A stretch of DNA of 64,000 nt from Eledone cirrhosa (GCA_964016885.1 CAXHJY010000973.1:1-64000), one strand, 5' to 3'. Counted from the stretch's first letter, positions 48,760 to 62,499 are shown. Notes: a model not told the origin generated them from the letters alone. Numbers and translations are program-made.

Positions 48760-51700
48760 ACACACGATAGCAACTAACAGTGCTGCGATTGAATGTGGCT
48801 TTTTAGCCCAGCCAATGATCTAAAATGTCTTGCACAGAGTCGGCAACCAAAACATTCACTGGGAATAGTCGGCTGTGGTTGGAGTTCGTGTATTTTTGCA
48901 TGTTGCTTGAGCCCTCCTGCTGATTTACATTCTCTACCACATGTTTGGCAAGCATGATGAGTAGCATCTCCAACAGCAGCCTGGTAGTCAACCACTGGTC
49001 TTACTTTATGACTGCGAAGATGACTTTCGAGTCCAGCTTTGCTTAGGCAGAGTCTCGCACAGACACTGCATGTCAGCACCATAGGAGGACCCTCGCCGTC
49101 TGTGCAACAGCAATGCCCTTCCTCACATCCCGCTTTACTTTCTCGTGTGCGATTCGAGATGCCTCAAATGCAACTTTTCCCTCATATACAGTCTTTCTCC
49201 ATCTATTACGATCAGCAGCAATATTTTCCCATGTATTAGCAGAGATGTTAGCGTCTTTCAGAGAGGCTTTCAAGGAATCCTTATACCTCTTTTTTGGTTT
49301 ATGTGGCGGTCGTTTTCCTTTAACCAACTCTCCATAGAAGAGTTGTTTTGGTATTCTAGAATCCTTCATCCTGGCAAGGTGACCACTCCAACGGAGTCGT
49401 TGCTTAAGCACAAGAGCTTCTATACTGTCACACATCACTGATGTGGTCCCTCCAGTGAACGCCATGGATCCGTCTGAGACACATCTGATGGAAACGCTCC
49501 AATTGCCTAAGGTGGCGTCGATATGTGACCCAGGTCTCGCAGGCATAAATAAGACAAGAGAGTACACATGCCCTGTACACCTTTACCTTTGTCCTCCTGC
49601 ATATGTCTCGCCGACCCCAGAGTCGCCTTTCTAGCTTTCCGAAAGCATCACTTGCTTTCCTAATCCTAAGTGAGATTTCACTGTCAAGGTTGCCGTATCG
49701 ATTGACAGTGCTTCCCAGGTAGACAAACTGATCAACCACTCCAAGTCGTTTGCCATACACATAGATGTTTGGTTCAGTGTACTGCTTACTAGGGGTAGGT
49801 TGGTACATGACGACGGTTTTCTTGAGACTGACAGTCAAACCCAGGGCAGTGCAAGCATCAGAAAATGCATTCAAAATGTGCTGCATATCACTGTCTGTGT
49901 GCGCTACAAGATCGCAATCATCTGCATACAAGAGGTCTCTTATGATTGATGTAAATACGTTTTGTCTTCGCAGCAAAGCGCCTGATGTTAAATATGCTGC
50001 CTGAGGTTCGATATCGGATGTAAACACCATGCTCGCAATTCCTGAATGCAATACATAAAACCATTGCAAAGTATATGGCAAACAGGGTCGGTGCTGGAAT
50101 ATCCCCCTGTTTCACTCCATTTTTTACTGAGATAGGCTCCGACATGTTACCTCCGACATTAACCCAAGCCTTCATGTCGTCATGGAAAGACCTAACTAAA
50201 ACAAGGAACTTATCAGGGCAACCAAGTTTCTGGAGAACCTTCCATAATGCATCTCTGTTAACAGTATCGAAAGCCTTTGTCAGATCGACAAAAACCTGAT
50301 ACAGATCCAAGCCTTGTTCCATGCACTTCTCCTGGAGCTGTCTAGCTGAGAAGATCATATCAGTAGTGCCGCGTCCAGCACGAAAACCAGATTGACTTTC
50401 AGGAAGAACACAATCTGCAATGTGTGTCAGCAGACGGTCCAGAAGCACCCTACATAAAACTTTCCCTACGACAGAAAGCAATGATATACCTCTGTAGTTC
50501 CCACAATCGTTCCTGTTACCCTTTCCCTTGTACAAGACCACCATTACTGCATCTCTCCAGTCCTCAGGCACGGATTCATTAGCCCATATCCTTCCAAACA
50601 AAGAGTGAAGATGTTACAGGAGTCTCTCACCACCATATTGTAGGAGCTCAGCATGTATGCCATCCATACCTGGAGATCTTCCACTGTTCAGCTTCGAAAT
50701 AGCCACTGCAACCTCCACAAGCGTCGGAGGTTCTGCGAGAGCTACTTTCACAGGACTTTCTGGAATGAGATTGAGGAAATCTTCACTGACGACAGACGGC
50801 TGATTCAAAAGATCATCAAAGTGCTCTCGCCACCTTCGTAGAATTCCCTGTGAGTCACGAAGAAGTTCTTTGCCATCCTTGCTGCGAAGTGGTGTCACTA
50901 GAGAAGAAGACGGTCCATAAACCTCACGCAAGAGACTGTACAACAGCTTTGTGTTATTGGAATCAGACGCAGTTTGTATCTCACCAGCCTTCTCACTCCA
51001 CCACTGATCCTTCATCTGAGAAAGACTCCGCCTAACACGTGATTTTACATCCCTGAGCTCCTCATGCAACGTATTCCTCTCCTGTGGGTTTGCCGTCAAG
51101 TAGCGTGACAGAGCACGCCTCTTATCAGCCAACAAGTCTTCTATATGTACATCATTCTCATTAAACCAGTCCTGATGTTTTCTCTGCACCAATCCCAGAA
51201 CACGCCTGCCTACATCATAAACCGACTTTTTAAGGGTCGGCCAATCCTCACCAAGATCTGCAGCCTGCATCTCTTCTTCCAATGTCCTCTTTACATTTTT
51301 ATCCTTAAGACGAGCAGCATTCAATCTTTTGGGCAGGGTAACACCAGGAGCCCGGATTTTACGTTTGGTGATTAGTTTCACTTTTGCGCGTACCAGGCGG
51401 TGGTCCGTCCAGCACTCAGCTCCACGAAGAACACGAACACACTGCACATCCTGTCTGTCACGCATCCTGACTAGGACGTAGTCCAAAAGATGCCATTCCT
51501 TAGATGCAGGATGCATCCATGTGGTCTTGAATGTGTTCTTTTGTTGGAACATGGTGTTGGTAACACACAGATCCAGCTCCTCACACATCTGCAGCAGGAG
51601 CATACCATTGCTGTTACACTTTCCCACCCCATGCCTTCCGATTACATTCCATGTGTTAAAATCCCTACCCACTCTAGCATTAAAGTCACCAAGCACGATG

Positions 51701-52670
51701 ACTTTGTCTGCCTGAGGGATATTTCTTAGAACACCTTTCAAGGCATGGTAAAAGGACAGTTTTTCTTCATCGACAGAATTCATAGTTGGAACATACACAC
51801 TCACCAGGGTAGCATATCTTCCCTTGTCCAGCGGAACTCTCATGGATATAAGACGCTCACTAATCCCTACTGGGAATTCTTCTAATTTATTCACAAGTAC
51901 AGTCTTAACAGCAAATCCTACCCCAGCCTCTCTTCTGGTTCCTTCATCTCTTCCTTTCCAGAAGAATGTATATTCTCCACAAAATTCCGTAAGATGACCA
52001 TCTCCAGCTAACCTCGTCTCAGATAAAGCCACGATGACAAGATCGTAACGTCGAAGCTCCTTTGCAACAAGAGCGGTCCTTCGTTCAGGACGCTCCAAAG
52101 AATCCCTGTCAAGCAGCGTCCGTACGTTCCAGCAGCCAAGACTAAATGCCCTGTTTGGCTCTATTACAATGGCACGATGACGAGCGGGCCCAGGCTGTGA
52201 TAACTTGGGGCCCCTGCCCTTATTGCCAATGATCTTTTTTGTTCCAGAACCTAAATTGCCAATTATCTTTTTTACATTGTTCTGGAACATCATTGAATTG
52301 GAGAAAAAAAAAAAAAAAAAAAGTAATAATAATAGTAATAATAATAATAATAATAATAGTACACTATTAATAATTATTAATGCACTCGTGCAATGCCTGT
52401 GCGTGACGAATATTTTTAAAGTGAGGAAAGACTGTGCACTGAGCCAATCCCACTCTCTGAGCGACAGTAGCTATAACCCGAAAAAAAGAAAAGATCAACA
52501 TCATCGGTAACTACTGAGCCGCAGGTTTTATATCGGAGTTAACCCAGTTTCCTGAGATGCCTTCTCCTAGAAGAATGCCCTAATAAGGGCTAGGGGTTCT
52601 TCACTCCCAGTGGTTTAACTGCGCGATCGGGCATCCAGCCCGATTATTTCTATGTCCCCGCGCGCGCGCG
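48760..52670 (-). mobile_element. Near-full-length RTE/BovB-like LINE (APE, RT, three C-terminal C2H2 fingers), disrupted
   Basis: WNVRTL, ALSETR, GDFNARVG, LDYVLV, TDHRLV; NYRGISLLS, FVDLTKAFDTV, GVKQG, LLYADD; in-frame stop at 50614 and frameshifts near 49955, 49440 and 49075; structured upstream region to ~52660. Confidence 0.93.
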
Positions 52671-52795
52671 CAAAAAAAATCACTTATTGACACTTATACG
52701 TACGACATACACACACACGCATACATATGCGCGCACACAGCAACACTCATACATACAAACAAACACACACACACGCTACTCTACTCACTTACACG

Positions 52796-52828
<33 letters not shown>

Positions 52829-53016
52829 TACCGTCATTACTGATACAAGATTACAAGATTATGTCAACTGTTGATATATATATATACATATATATATATA
52901 CATATATATATAGAAAATTGAGGTTGGTAATGGCACATGGAATATATAAGAGACAGAATACTTTTTTGTGAAAAAACATATAATTTTATAAGGTAAGGAA
53001 AGAATAAAGGGTATAA

Positions 53017-53064
53017 AAAATGACCGGTTTCGATGGGTCTGCAAAAGCCATCTTTTCAAATGTT
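53017..53064 (-). ncRNA. Minimal hammerhead ribozyme, U3:A8 core variant
   Basis: aacat-TTGAAAA-gatgg..ccatc-GAAA-ccgg-TC-atttt; stem I has one mismatch. Confidence 0.65.
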
Positions 53065-53410
53065 GATTAATATTAAGAAAAATTAATAATAATAAGAGTT
53101 AAAATTTGAGATTTGAAAATTCAAGTATAAAATTCAGTGTGGGGTTTCATAGTAGCTTTCATCTTGGTAGCAGTAAGTTGACTGCGGTGTGTCCCTTTCT
53201 GGTAGTGAATGAGGAATTATTTGTGGAGAGTGGTTTTTTTTAAGGTCAGATTTAGCAATGGCCAGATGACCAGCTGCTGGTCAGTGAGGGGGTGGAAGCA
53301 ATATACATACATATATCTCCATGTGGTCGGTAGGAGAGGGGAGAGTGATAGAAAGGGATTTAGTGCACTTACACCTATATATACACATACCCTCATCCAC
53401 ACACACATAC

Positions 53411-53454
<44 letters not shown>

Positions 53455-53601
53455 ATTAAAATACTGGAGCGTGTTGGAGTTAAACACCCTCTTCGTATTA
53501 TAGAAATGACAGTAAAAGGTATAGCTCAATGTAATTAAACAGAGCCGATGAATTATGAAAGTAAAACAAAGAAGCCTTCAATACATCAAAAGTCTTTATT
53601 A

Positions 53602-53639
53602 GCCAACAATGTTTCGTCCTATTAAGGACTCATCAGGGC
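53602..53639 (-). ncRNA. Canonical minimal type I hammerhead ribozyme
   Basis: gcc-CTGATGA-gtcc-ttaata-ggac-GAAA-cattg-TT-ggc. Confidence 0.85.
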
Positions 53640-55225
53640 AATTAAAACAACAAGAAGTATTATCGGCCAATACAAGCCGAAAACTCCGAAGAATATGGAG
53701 TGTACATACACTAAAGTATTGCAAGATTATGGGTAAAAATATATAATAGAAATATATAATAAAAATCACTAAGGAGGTGTATAACATTTAGAACCATATT
53801 ACAAATATAGTCCAAAGCAAAAAACAAAAAAAACCCTAGAGCTAAACAAAGGTGGTTATATAGAGCGGGAATTATATATAATACCATATAATATAATATA
53901 ATATACTTGTAACAATATTAAAATTACAATAAAAATTAAAAGGTACAATATACATATGTATATATGTACGCACACGTACGCACATATACACATACATCAA
54001 TACACATATCCATCTTCAACAGCACAAATTAAACCTTATTAAGAGTTTAAATATAAATAAGCATGATAGGAATAAAAATAATAATAATAATAATAATACG
54101 TATATCTAATATACATGAGGTAATAATATGATATGATTATAAGTAGCACATATAATATATAATAAACTATACAATTATATACCATATAATATAATATAAT
54201 AGATAATCACCGGTTAATTTACACAAACAATATAGATGTCACAATAATACTATAATAATAATATAATAACATATATAATACATAACATATAATGGCAAGC
54301 AAGTTAACAAATCAATTCATATAGAGTTACAGAGTAGGTGAGAAAAAATATAAATTGTACAATACCCAAAATTATGATGGTACAAAAATATAAACATCTT
54401 ACATGATATATAAAGTTCAACATATCATAATGGTACAATATAATCAACGGTAAGTAATAAGGATCGATAGTACAATAACAAATATAATATATTATAAAAT
54501 AATTAACATAATATAATATATAATTACTTATAATTACAAGGTTGGTAAACAGACATATATGTGGATGAGTGAGTAAGGACCAGACAGTAAATAGAATGCA
54601 CAGTAGTATTAATAAATAAATAAATAAATAAATAGAATCAACCGGAAATTAAAAAAACAAGAACAAAAGTATATACTTAGGTCTCACATACAGTTAAGTA
54701 AAAACTTAGGAAACAACCCCGGTAAATGACTCGAAAACCCTATTTGATAAATTAATATTAAAAATATTTAAAATATCTAATAAGGCAATACAATATTAGT
54801 TGTGGTTTAAGTAATCAAAATTTATAAACGTTAGTATTTAACTACAAATATATATATAAGGAATGAAATTTTCTACTATCATTTACATAACGATATCTAA
54901 AAAACTGACCTAAGCAGAATTATGGTAGGCTAATAGGGACAGAAAAAAAAGAAATGTTTGGAGGATACAAAGGAGCATAAAATCAGTCAATATACTATAT
55001 TAAATAATAGAAAGGAGCGTAAAAGAGGGGGGGGGATTAAATATAATCATAATCTATTTGAAGGGGTTGACAATAAGTTTATGTACGCATGGCGGGGGGG
55101 GGGGGGGGGGTATCTAAACAAGAATCCAAGTAAAATAAAATAAAATAAAATGAAATAAAATAAAATAATGTAAAATATAACATCAGATATATACTCATAA
55201 GGTGTTAATAGTGGTGTTAATAGCG

Positions 55226-55630
55226 GAAGTGTAACTGTAGAGTGAGTGCTAACTGCCCTTTAAACGGTAACTGCCTCTCTAAGAACATCGTCTATGCTTG
55301 CGTAGTTACAACTAATTCCTCTAATAAAACTTATATAGGCTCTACATCTAACACTTTTAAGACTAGGTTTAATTCTCATATCTCTAATTTCAAACATGTT
55401 AAGTTTAAGAATTCTACTTCTTTAGCACACTATATCTGGGATCTTAAGGGGGCTAATATACCATATAGCCTTAATTGGCGTTTAGTAGCACGCTCTAATA
55501 ACCTTTCTACACATACTAAATTTTGTAATCTCTGTATCCTCGAGACACACTCTATAATTTTCTCTAGCGAATCCTTACTTAATAGAAAGTCTGAGATATT
55601 TTCTTCTTACCCCCCACGCTATTTCTAATT
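55226..55630 (+). mobile_element. Penelope-like (Naiad-type) GIY-YIG endonuclease fragment
   Basis: KCNCRVSANCPLNGNCLSKNIVY...YIGSTSNTFKTRFNSH...TSLAHYIWDLK...CNLCILE...LNRKSE. Confidence 0.88.
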
Positions 55631-55690
55631 CTTACTTTTATTTTCTACAATTTTCTCTATAACCTTCGTTTTGTGTAGAAACTTACTTTT

Positions 55691-56131
<441 letters not shown>

Positions 56132-56261
56132 GCAAAAGTTTTATTTAAAATTGTTGGGTTACAACAAGTAAATATTTTATAACTGATATAAAGCACTCGA
56201 CAAGTTTTGGAGTAGATATACGATATTAAACAAATGGAAACTATATTTATAAAACCATATT

Positions 56262-56327
56262 TATTTCATTATACATATTTCGGGGATACCATATTAAAAA
56301 TATGGCATGCCTTCTTCAGATAAAATA
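56262..56327 (-). ncRNA. Hammerhead ribozyme in the 3' pLTR (sense to the ORF)
   Basis: Reverse complement of 60921-60986. Confidence 0.8.
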
Positions 56328-57972
56328 CAATATATAAACAGTTTTATAAATAATTTTGACGTACCATAAATATTGAGCAACCGTTATGTAAGAAGCCGGT
56401 TTGGTAGTGAGATGTTTATAAATATTTAGTGTTAAGCACAGTTAAAAAGAAAGACGGAGAAAAAGAAGAAATGTATGTAAAGAAAAACAGAGAGAAATAG
56501 AGAGAGATAGGGGAGAGAGAAATAGTGAGGAGGTGAAAAAAGAGAGGCAGCTCAAAGCAACAGATGAATAATAATAATTCATCATACAAATTGAGAGATT
56601 TAGGAGGGAGGGAGTACTGTAATTATTTAGTTATAGTGTTAAGGACAGTTGGGGAGGAGACGGAGAGAAATAAAAAAAATGAAGAGAAAACAGAGAGAGA
56701 GAAAGATAGAGGTGGGGGGGGGGAAGAAAGAGGTAGACCAAATAATAATAATTATATAGGGGGAGGTGAAAATCAAGAGAGAAATAGGAGAGAACTAAGA
56801 GAGAAACTTGAGAGGCAAAGTTAAAACAACAGATACATAGACTTCATCATATATAAAGAGGGAGGAGAAGAAAGAGCTATATCTAGAGAGAGGGATGATA
56901 GATTTACATCTTTACGTTATGTCCTATCAATTTGAATTATCAATTCATATGAATTGGTTAATATAATGTAAATATCAATATTCATAAATGAGACATAGAT
57001 ATATAATGTGTGAAAAATAATGACCATATGTTTAGTTTAAAATTCTGAGGTCGATGTACCAAAACTGAGATAAAACTTCAAAAAATACGGAAATATATAA
57101 GTATATACATACACATGCATATGCACTTTCCGGAAAAGGAAAGAAAGAGAAAAAGAGAAGGTCATCTCAAGTTCTAGTTGATATTATAGACATACCCATG
57201 ATTTTACGTGATCAACTCTGTAATTTCTTGTTTCACAAAAAAAATTTTTCCTTGTGTTATAAAAGATTTTACTATATATATACATAAGAAATAAACGATT
57301 AATATTCTTGCCCTCACATACATGATTATCGTTCATGTATAGAATATTATGCATATCTGTAACATATCCAGAACTATACCCACACATACATATATATATA
57401 TATATGTATGCACACATATATGTACATGGACAGATAAAATAAACAGATAAAATAAAATATACTCTGTAATCATTCCATATGCATATTAATACATATGGCC
57501 TTTGTACAGAGACAACCAGATATCAATATATCAGCACAGAAATATCAAAACGTTAAAAATATTTTCATCACTCCCTAGAGTATCTCGGGCCATAACAACA
57601 CAGTATGCTTCTTATATCAACCACAGAAATCTACCCTTCCAATTTATCTGACAATATATTGCCAAGTTCATTAGAAGCAATCAGAATCAAAAGCAAACAA
57701 AAAAAAAACAAAAATTATTCAACAAAACTCATTTAACAGAAATCATTTAAATGATTTAGGAGACCCTGTAGTTCTACAGATGCTCTTATATTTAGTATAG
57801 AAGTTTATCTTGCGTAAAATGTATTCAATAGATTGGCAGCATCTACATTTTAGGGTAGTTTAATTACATCATTAGTTTATATTTATGAAGAAGGTTTAAA
57901 AGAAAAAGTTGAAGGAATCGAAAGATTTATCGTCAGGTTTCATACATTAATTAAATATCTTAATTAATTATA

Positions 57973-59299
57973 CTACATTTTAAATTTATATTTATATTTA
58001 AACGTTGAGTTCAATCTATGTCTGCAGCAACTGAATAAATTGCTCCTTAAATTAAGGGAATTTTTGGATTTTAATATAAAGAATATCTCCTCCACACAGA
58101 GGTCACATGTCTCAGATGAGGAATTAAAAGGAATCCCTCTTGAGACAATATTCCAAAACATCGAATACCCAACGTTATCATATTTAAGTTGCCAGAGTAA
58201 GCCTGATAGTGAAGTTGAAGATTTTTTGTTTGGATCTGTGAAAGAATTCTTATGATTATTGTAGCGAAGTTTAAATTCTGTCGAGGTGGAACCAACATAG
58301 TTAAAAGAATTTAAGTTAGTTTTAACATTACAATTGTATATTATATTTTTAACTAAGCAATTGTTATTTAACGGACATTTAGATTTATTTCTACAGTTAC
58401 AGTTGTTTAATTGAATATTGTTTTGGTTATTATCGGTATTTTGGTTAGGTTTTAGATTCCTATTATTTATTCTGTTAATATTTTGTGCTAAATTTTTGGT
58501 GGACGAGTAAGTTAATTTTATAGTATGTCTATTAAAAATTGAGTGATATTTATGTGTTCTAGGGAAGCGTTTGTCAAGAACATTAAAAAATAGTTTAGCA
58601 ATGTGGGTTTTAATATTTAGTGAGAAAGGGGGGGCAAACCATATTATATTTCTAGTTCTATTTCTTTTCCGGCTTTTGGAATTATTGTAATGTTTTCTAT
58701 TATAGTTGTTAAAGTTGTTACCGTAATTAAAATTGTTATTATTTTGGTTAGTTTGCCTATTATTATCGATGTACTTAATTTTATCACTATATCCTGCTCT
58801 AGCTAACGCTTCATTGTAACACTGCGCTTTTTCGTCGAAAATATTTTTATTAGATGAAATTCTTGAGATACGTTCTTGAACAGAGTTCACTATAGTATTT
58901 TTAACAGATCTGGGGTGATTAGAGTTAAAATTGACATAATTCAAGTTTTCATTTAGTTTGTGAAATGGATAGTGAAGACATGTGTTGAGATTTAGTGTTA
59001 CATCTAGGAAATTGACTATTCTATGGTTATTCTCTATTTCTATTTTTAGATTAAGGTAATTAAAAAATTGTATAATTTGTTTTCTTTTTCTATTTAGTTC
59101 AGAGTTATTATTTTCAATAAGTAAAAGCATGTTATCACGATATAATCCTCCGGTTACACCTGGTATTTTTCTATGCAGCGAATTAATTATAAATAGGCCC
59201 ACAAGGTCCGTTACCTGAGCTGAGTCAGATGATCCCATAGTAATGTCGAAATTATTATCTCTATCTGCCCTAGTCCATAGTTGGTTATTAAATTCTATC
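57973..59299 (-). pseudogene. 5'-truncated PLE ORF: RT C-terminal half plus GIY-YIG endonuclease; catalytic YRDD appears as YRDN
   Basis: ITMGSSDSAQVTDLVG, GLYRDN, NFLDVTL, SNHP, CNCR..CPLNNNCL..IIY..YVGST..FKLRYNNH, CDLC, CRH. Confidence 0.9.
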
Positions 59300-60920
59300 A
59301 ATTAATTAAGATATTTAATTAATGTATGAAACCTGACGATAAATCTTTCGATTCCTTCAACTTTTTCTTTTAAACCTTCTTCATAAATATAAACTAATGA
59401 TGTAATTAAACTACCCTAAAATGTAGATGCTGCCAATCTATTGAATACATTTTACGCAAGATAAACTTCTATACTAAATATAAGAGCATCCGTAGAACTA
59501 CAGGGTCTCCTAAATCATTTAAATGATTTCTGCTAAATGAGTTTTGTTGAATAATTTTTGGTTTTTTGTTTGCTTTTGATTCTGATTGCTTCTAATGAAC
59601 TTGGCAATATATTGTCAGATAAATTGGAAGGGTAGATTTCTGTGGTTGATATAAGAAGCATACTGTGTTTTTATGGCCCGAGATACTCTAGGGAGTGATG
59701 AAAATATTTTTAACGTTTTGATATTTCTGTGCTGATATATTGATATCTGGTTGTCTCTGTACAAAGGCCATATGTATTAATATGCATATGGAATGATTAC
59801 AGAGTAGATTTTATCTGTCCATGTACCTGTATGTGTGCATACATATATATCTATATGTATGTGTGGGTATAGTTCTGGATATGTTACAGATATGCATAAT
59901 ATTCTATACATGAACGATAATCATGTATGTGAGGGCAAGAATATTAATCGTTTATTTTTTATGTATATATATATAGTAAAATCTTTTATAACACAAGGAA
60001 AAATTTTTTTTGTGAAACAAGAAATTACAGAGTTGATCACGTAAAATCATGGGTATGTCTATAATATCAACTAGAACTTGAGATGACCTTCTCTTTTTCT
60101 CTTTCTTTCCTTTTCCAGAAAGTGCATATGCATGTGTATGTATATACTTATATATTTCCGTATTTTTTGAAGTTTTATCTCAGTTTTGGTACATCGACCT
60201 CAGAATTTTAAACTAAACATATGGTCATTATTGAGCAAAATTATTTTCACACATTATATATCTATGTCTCATTCATGAATATTGATATTTACATTATATT
60301 ACCCAATTCATATGAATTGATAATTCAAATTGATAGGACATAACGTAAAGATGTAAATCTATCATCCCTCTCTCTAGATATAGCTCTTTCTTCTCCTCCC
60401 TCTTTATATATGATGAAGTCTATGTATCTGTTGTTTTAACTTTGCCTCTCAAGTTTCTCTCTTATTTCTCTCTTGATTTTCACCTCCCCCTATATAATTA
60501 TTATTATTTGGTCTACCTCTTTCTTTTTTTTCCCCCCACCTCTATCTTTCTCTCTCTCTGTTTTCTCTTCATTTTTTTATTTCTCTCCGTCTCCTCCCCA
60601 ACTGTCCTTAACACTATAAAGTAAATAATTACAGTACTCCCTCCCTCCTAAATCTCTCAATTTGTATGATGAATTATTATTCATCTGTTGTCTTCAGCTG
60701 CCTCTCTTTTTTCACCTCCTCACTATTTCTCTCTCCCCTATCTCTCTCTATTTCTCTCTGTTTTTCTTTACATACATTTCTTCTTTTTCTCCGTCTTTCT
60801 TTTTAACTGTGCTTAACACTAAATATTTATAAACATCTCACTACCAAACCGGCTTCTTACATAACGGTTGCTCAATATTTATGGTACGTCAAAATTATTT
60901 ATAAAACTGTTTATATATTG

Positions 60921-60986
60921 TATTTTATCTGAAGAAGGCATGCCATATTTTTAATATGGTATCCCCGAAATATGTATAATGAAATA
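60921..60986 (+). ncRNA. Hammerhead ribozyme in the inverted pLTR
   Basis: tattttat-CTGAAGA-aggcatgccatatt-ttt-aatatggtatcccc-GAAA-tatgta-TA-atgaaata; 8-bp stem I including one GU pair. Confidence 0.8.
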
Positions 60987-61027
60987 AATATGGTTTTATA
61001 AATATAGTTTCCATTTGTTTAATATCG

Positions 61028-61075
<48 letters not shown>

Positions 61076-61217
61076 TATATTAGAAAGTGAGGTTTTTTTT
61101 ACAAAATGAAAAATAACCGAGGTGTCCTACACGAGTGGAAGTATAAAGAAAAAGGGATGAAATCGAAAATGCAACTGAAGTCTTATTTTTAAAAAAAATA
61201 TATATATTTATTTGGTT

Positions 61218-61255
61218 CCTTTACCGGTTTCGCAGTTCTTCTGCTTTTCAAAAGG
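61218..61255 (-). ncRNA. Minimal hammerhead ribozyme, U3:A8 core variant
   Basis: cctt-TTGAAAA-gcag-aagaa-ctgc-GAAA-ccgg-TA-aagg; all stems pair perfectly. Confidence 0.8.
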
Positions 61256-61409
61256 TGAGTTGAGATGGAGGGTCTGTGGTTTTTCTCACATCTGGTTGGT
61301 CTCTAAATGTTACTTGTTTTATATGGAAAAAGTGGCTCGAAAACCAGGTTTTTCGAGAAGTAATTTGATTGGTTTGTCAATAATTATAATAAATTTCGCG
61401 CCAGTTCGC

Positions 61410-61410
<1 letters not shown>

Positions 61411-61450
<40 letters not shown>

Positions 61451-61601
61451 TACATATATGTATATATATACATATATACATATATATATATATATACATA
61501 TATACATATATACATATATATACATATATACATATATACATATATATATATATATACATATATATACATATATATATATATACATATATATACATATATA
61601 C

Positions 61602-61634
<33 letters not shown>

Positions 61635-61719
61635 TATATACATATATATACATATATACATGTATATATATATACATATATATACATATATACATGTATA
61701 TATATATATGTATATATAC

Positions 61720-61762
<43 letters not shown>

Positions 61763-61817
61763 TGTATATATATATACATATATAAACATATATATATATA
61801 TATATACATATATAAAC

Positions 61818-61848
<31 letters not shown>

Positions 61849-61877
61849 AACATATATATATATACATATATATATAC

Positions 61878-61909
<32 letters not shown>

Positions 61910-61957
61910 GCATATATATATATATACATATATATATATGCATATATATATATAAAC

Positions 61958-61988
<31 letters not shown>

Positions 61989-62012
61989 CATATATATATA
62001 TACGTATATATA
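61411..62012. repeat. (TA)n/(TATACA)n microsatellite
   Basis: Directly visible. Confidence 0.95.
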
Positions 62013-62056
62013 GATAGATAAATATACACGGGTGTGTATGATTGTGTATAGAAGAT

Positions 62057-62446
62057 TATATTAATAAGAGGAATTCCAACTTTGTCTGATTTACTCGTTT
62101 TATTTACAATCCTTTAAAATTTATAATGGTATTATAATGAAATAGTATGATAGAATATTAAATGTTAAGTGTCAATTGAACAAGTACTTTCATGCTTTCG
62201 CAATCTTCAGGTTCATAATGTGTGGTGACAGTCAAGTTTGCAATTTTCACAGTTGAAAATTGCAAACTTGACTGTCACCACACATTATGAACCTGAAGAT
62301 TGCGAAAGCATGAAAGTACTTGTTCAATTGACACTTAACATTTAATATTCTATCATACTATTTCATTATAATACCATTATAAATTTTAAAGGATTGTAAA
62401 TAAAACGAGTAAATCAGACAAAGTTGGAATTCCTCTTATTAATATA
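62057..62446. repeat. Apparently perfect foldback palindrome with 193-bp arms and a 4-nt loop (cagt, 62250-62253), hammerhead in each arm
   Basis: Paired coordinates sum to 124503 wherever checked. Confidence 0.95.
62288..62326 (+). ncRNA. Minimal type I hammerhead ribozyme (mirror copy 62177-62215, minus strand)
   Basis: tgaac-CTGAAGA-t-tgc-gaaa-gca-t-GAAA-gtac-TT-gttca; palindromic AAGTACTT; U-U mismatch at the base of stem II. Confidence 0.8.
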
Positions 62447-62499
62447 TATATACATATATATATATACATATATATATATATACATATATATATATAGAC

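Larger units (their letters stand above)
56216..61032 (-). mobile_element. Penelope-like retroelement (Naiad-type) with ~1.75-kb inverted pseudo-LTRs (56216-57969 and 59300-61032)
   Basis: The arms are reverse complements with small indels; they enclose an RT-GIY-YIG ORF and each carries a hammerhead. Confidence 0.92.

Noticed and set aside
48774-49082. Host zinc-finger gene
   Set aside because: Contiguous and co-oriented with the RTE C-terminus; no TGEKP linkers.
53120-53300. GIY-YIG C-terminal remnant upstream of the 53017 hammerhead (minus strand ends ...NPTLN)
   Set aside because: Too degenerate to call without a profile search.
57905-57945. CTGACGA / ATGA-N11-AAA just downstream of the Naiad-type ORF (mirror at 59326-59360) as a hammerhead or SECIS
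   Set aside because: No GAAA core or stem I partner, no complementary 3' helix with GA, and the ORF has no in-frame UGA at Cys positions.
56216-61032. DNA transposon with long TIRs
   Set aside because: The internal ORF is PLE RT/GIY-YIG, the arms carry hammerheads, and no TSD is seen.
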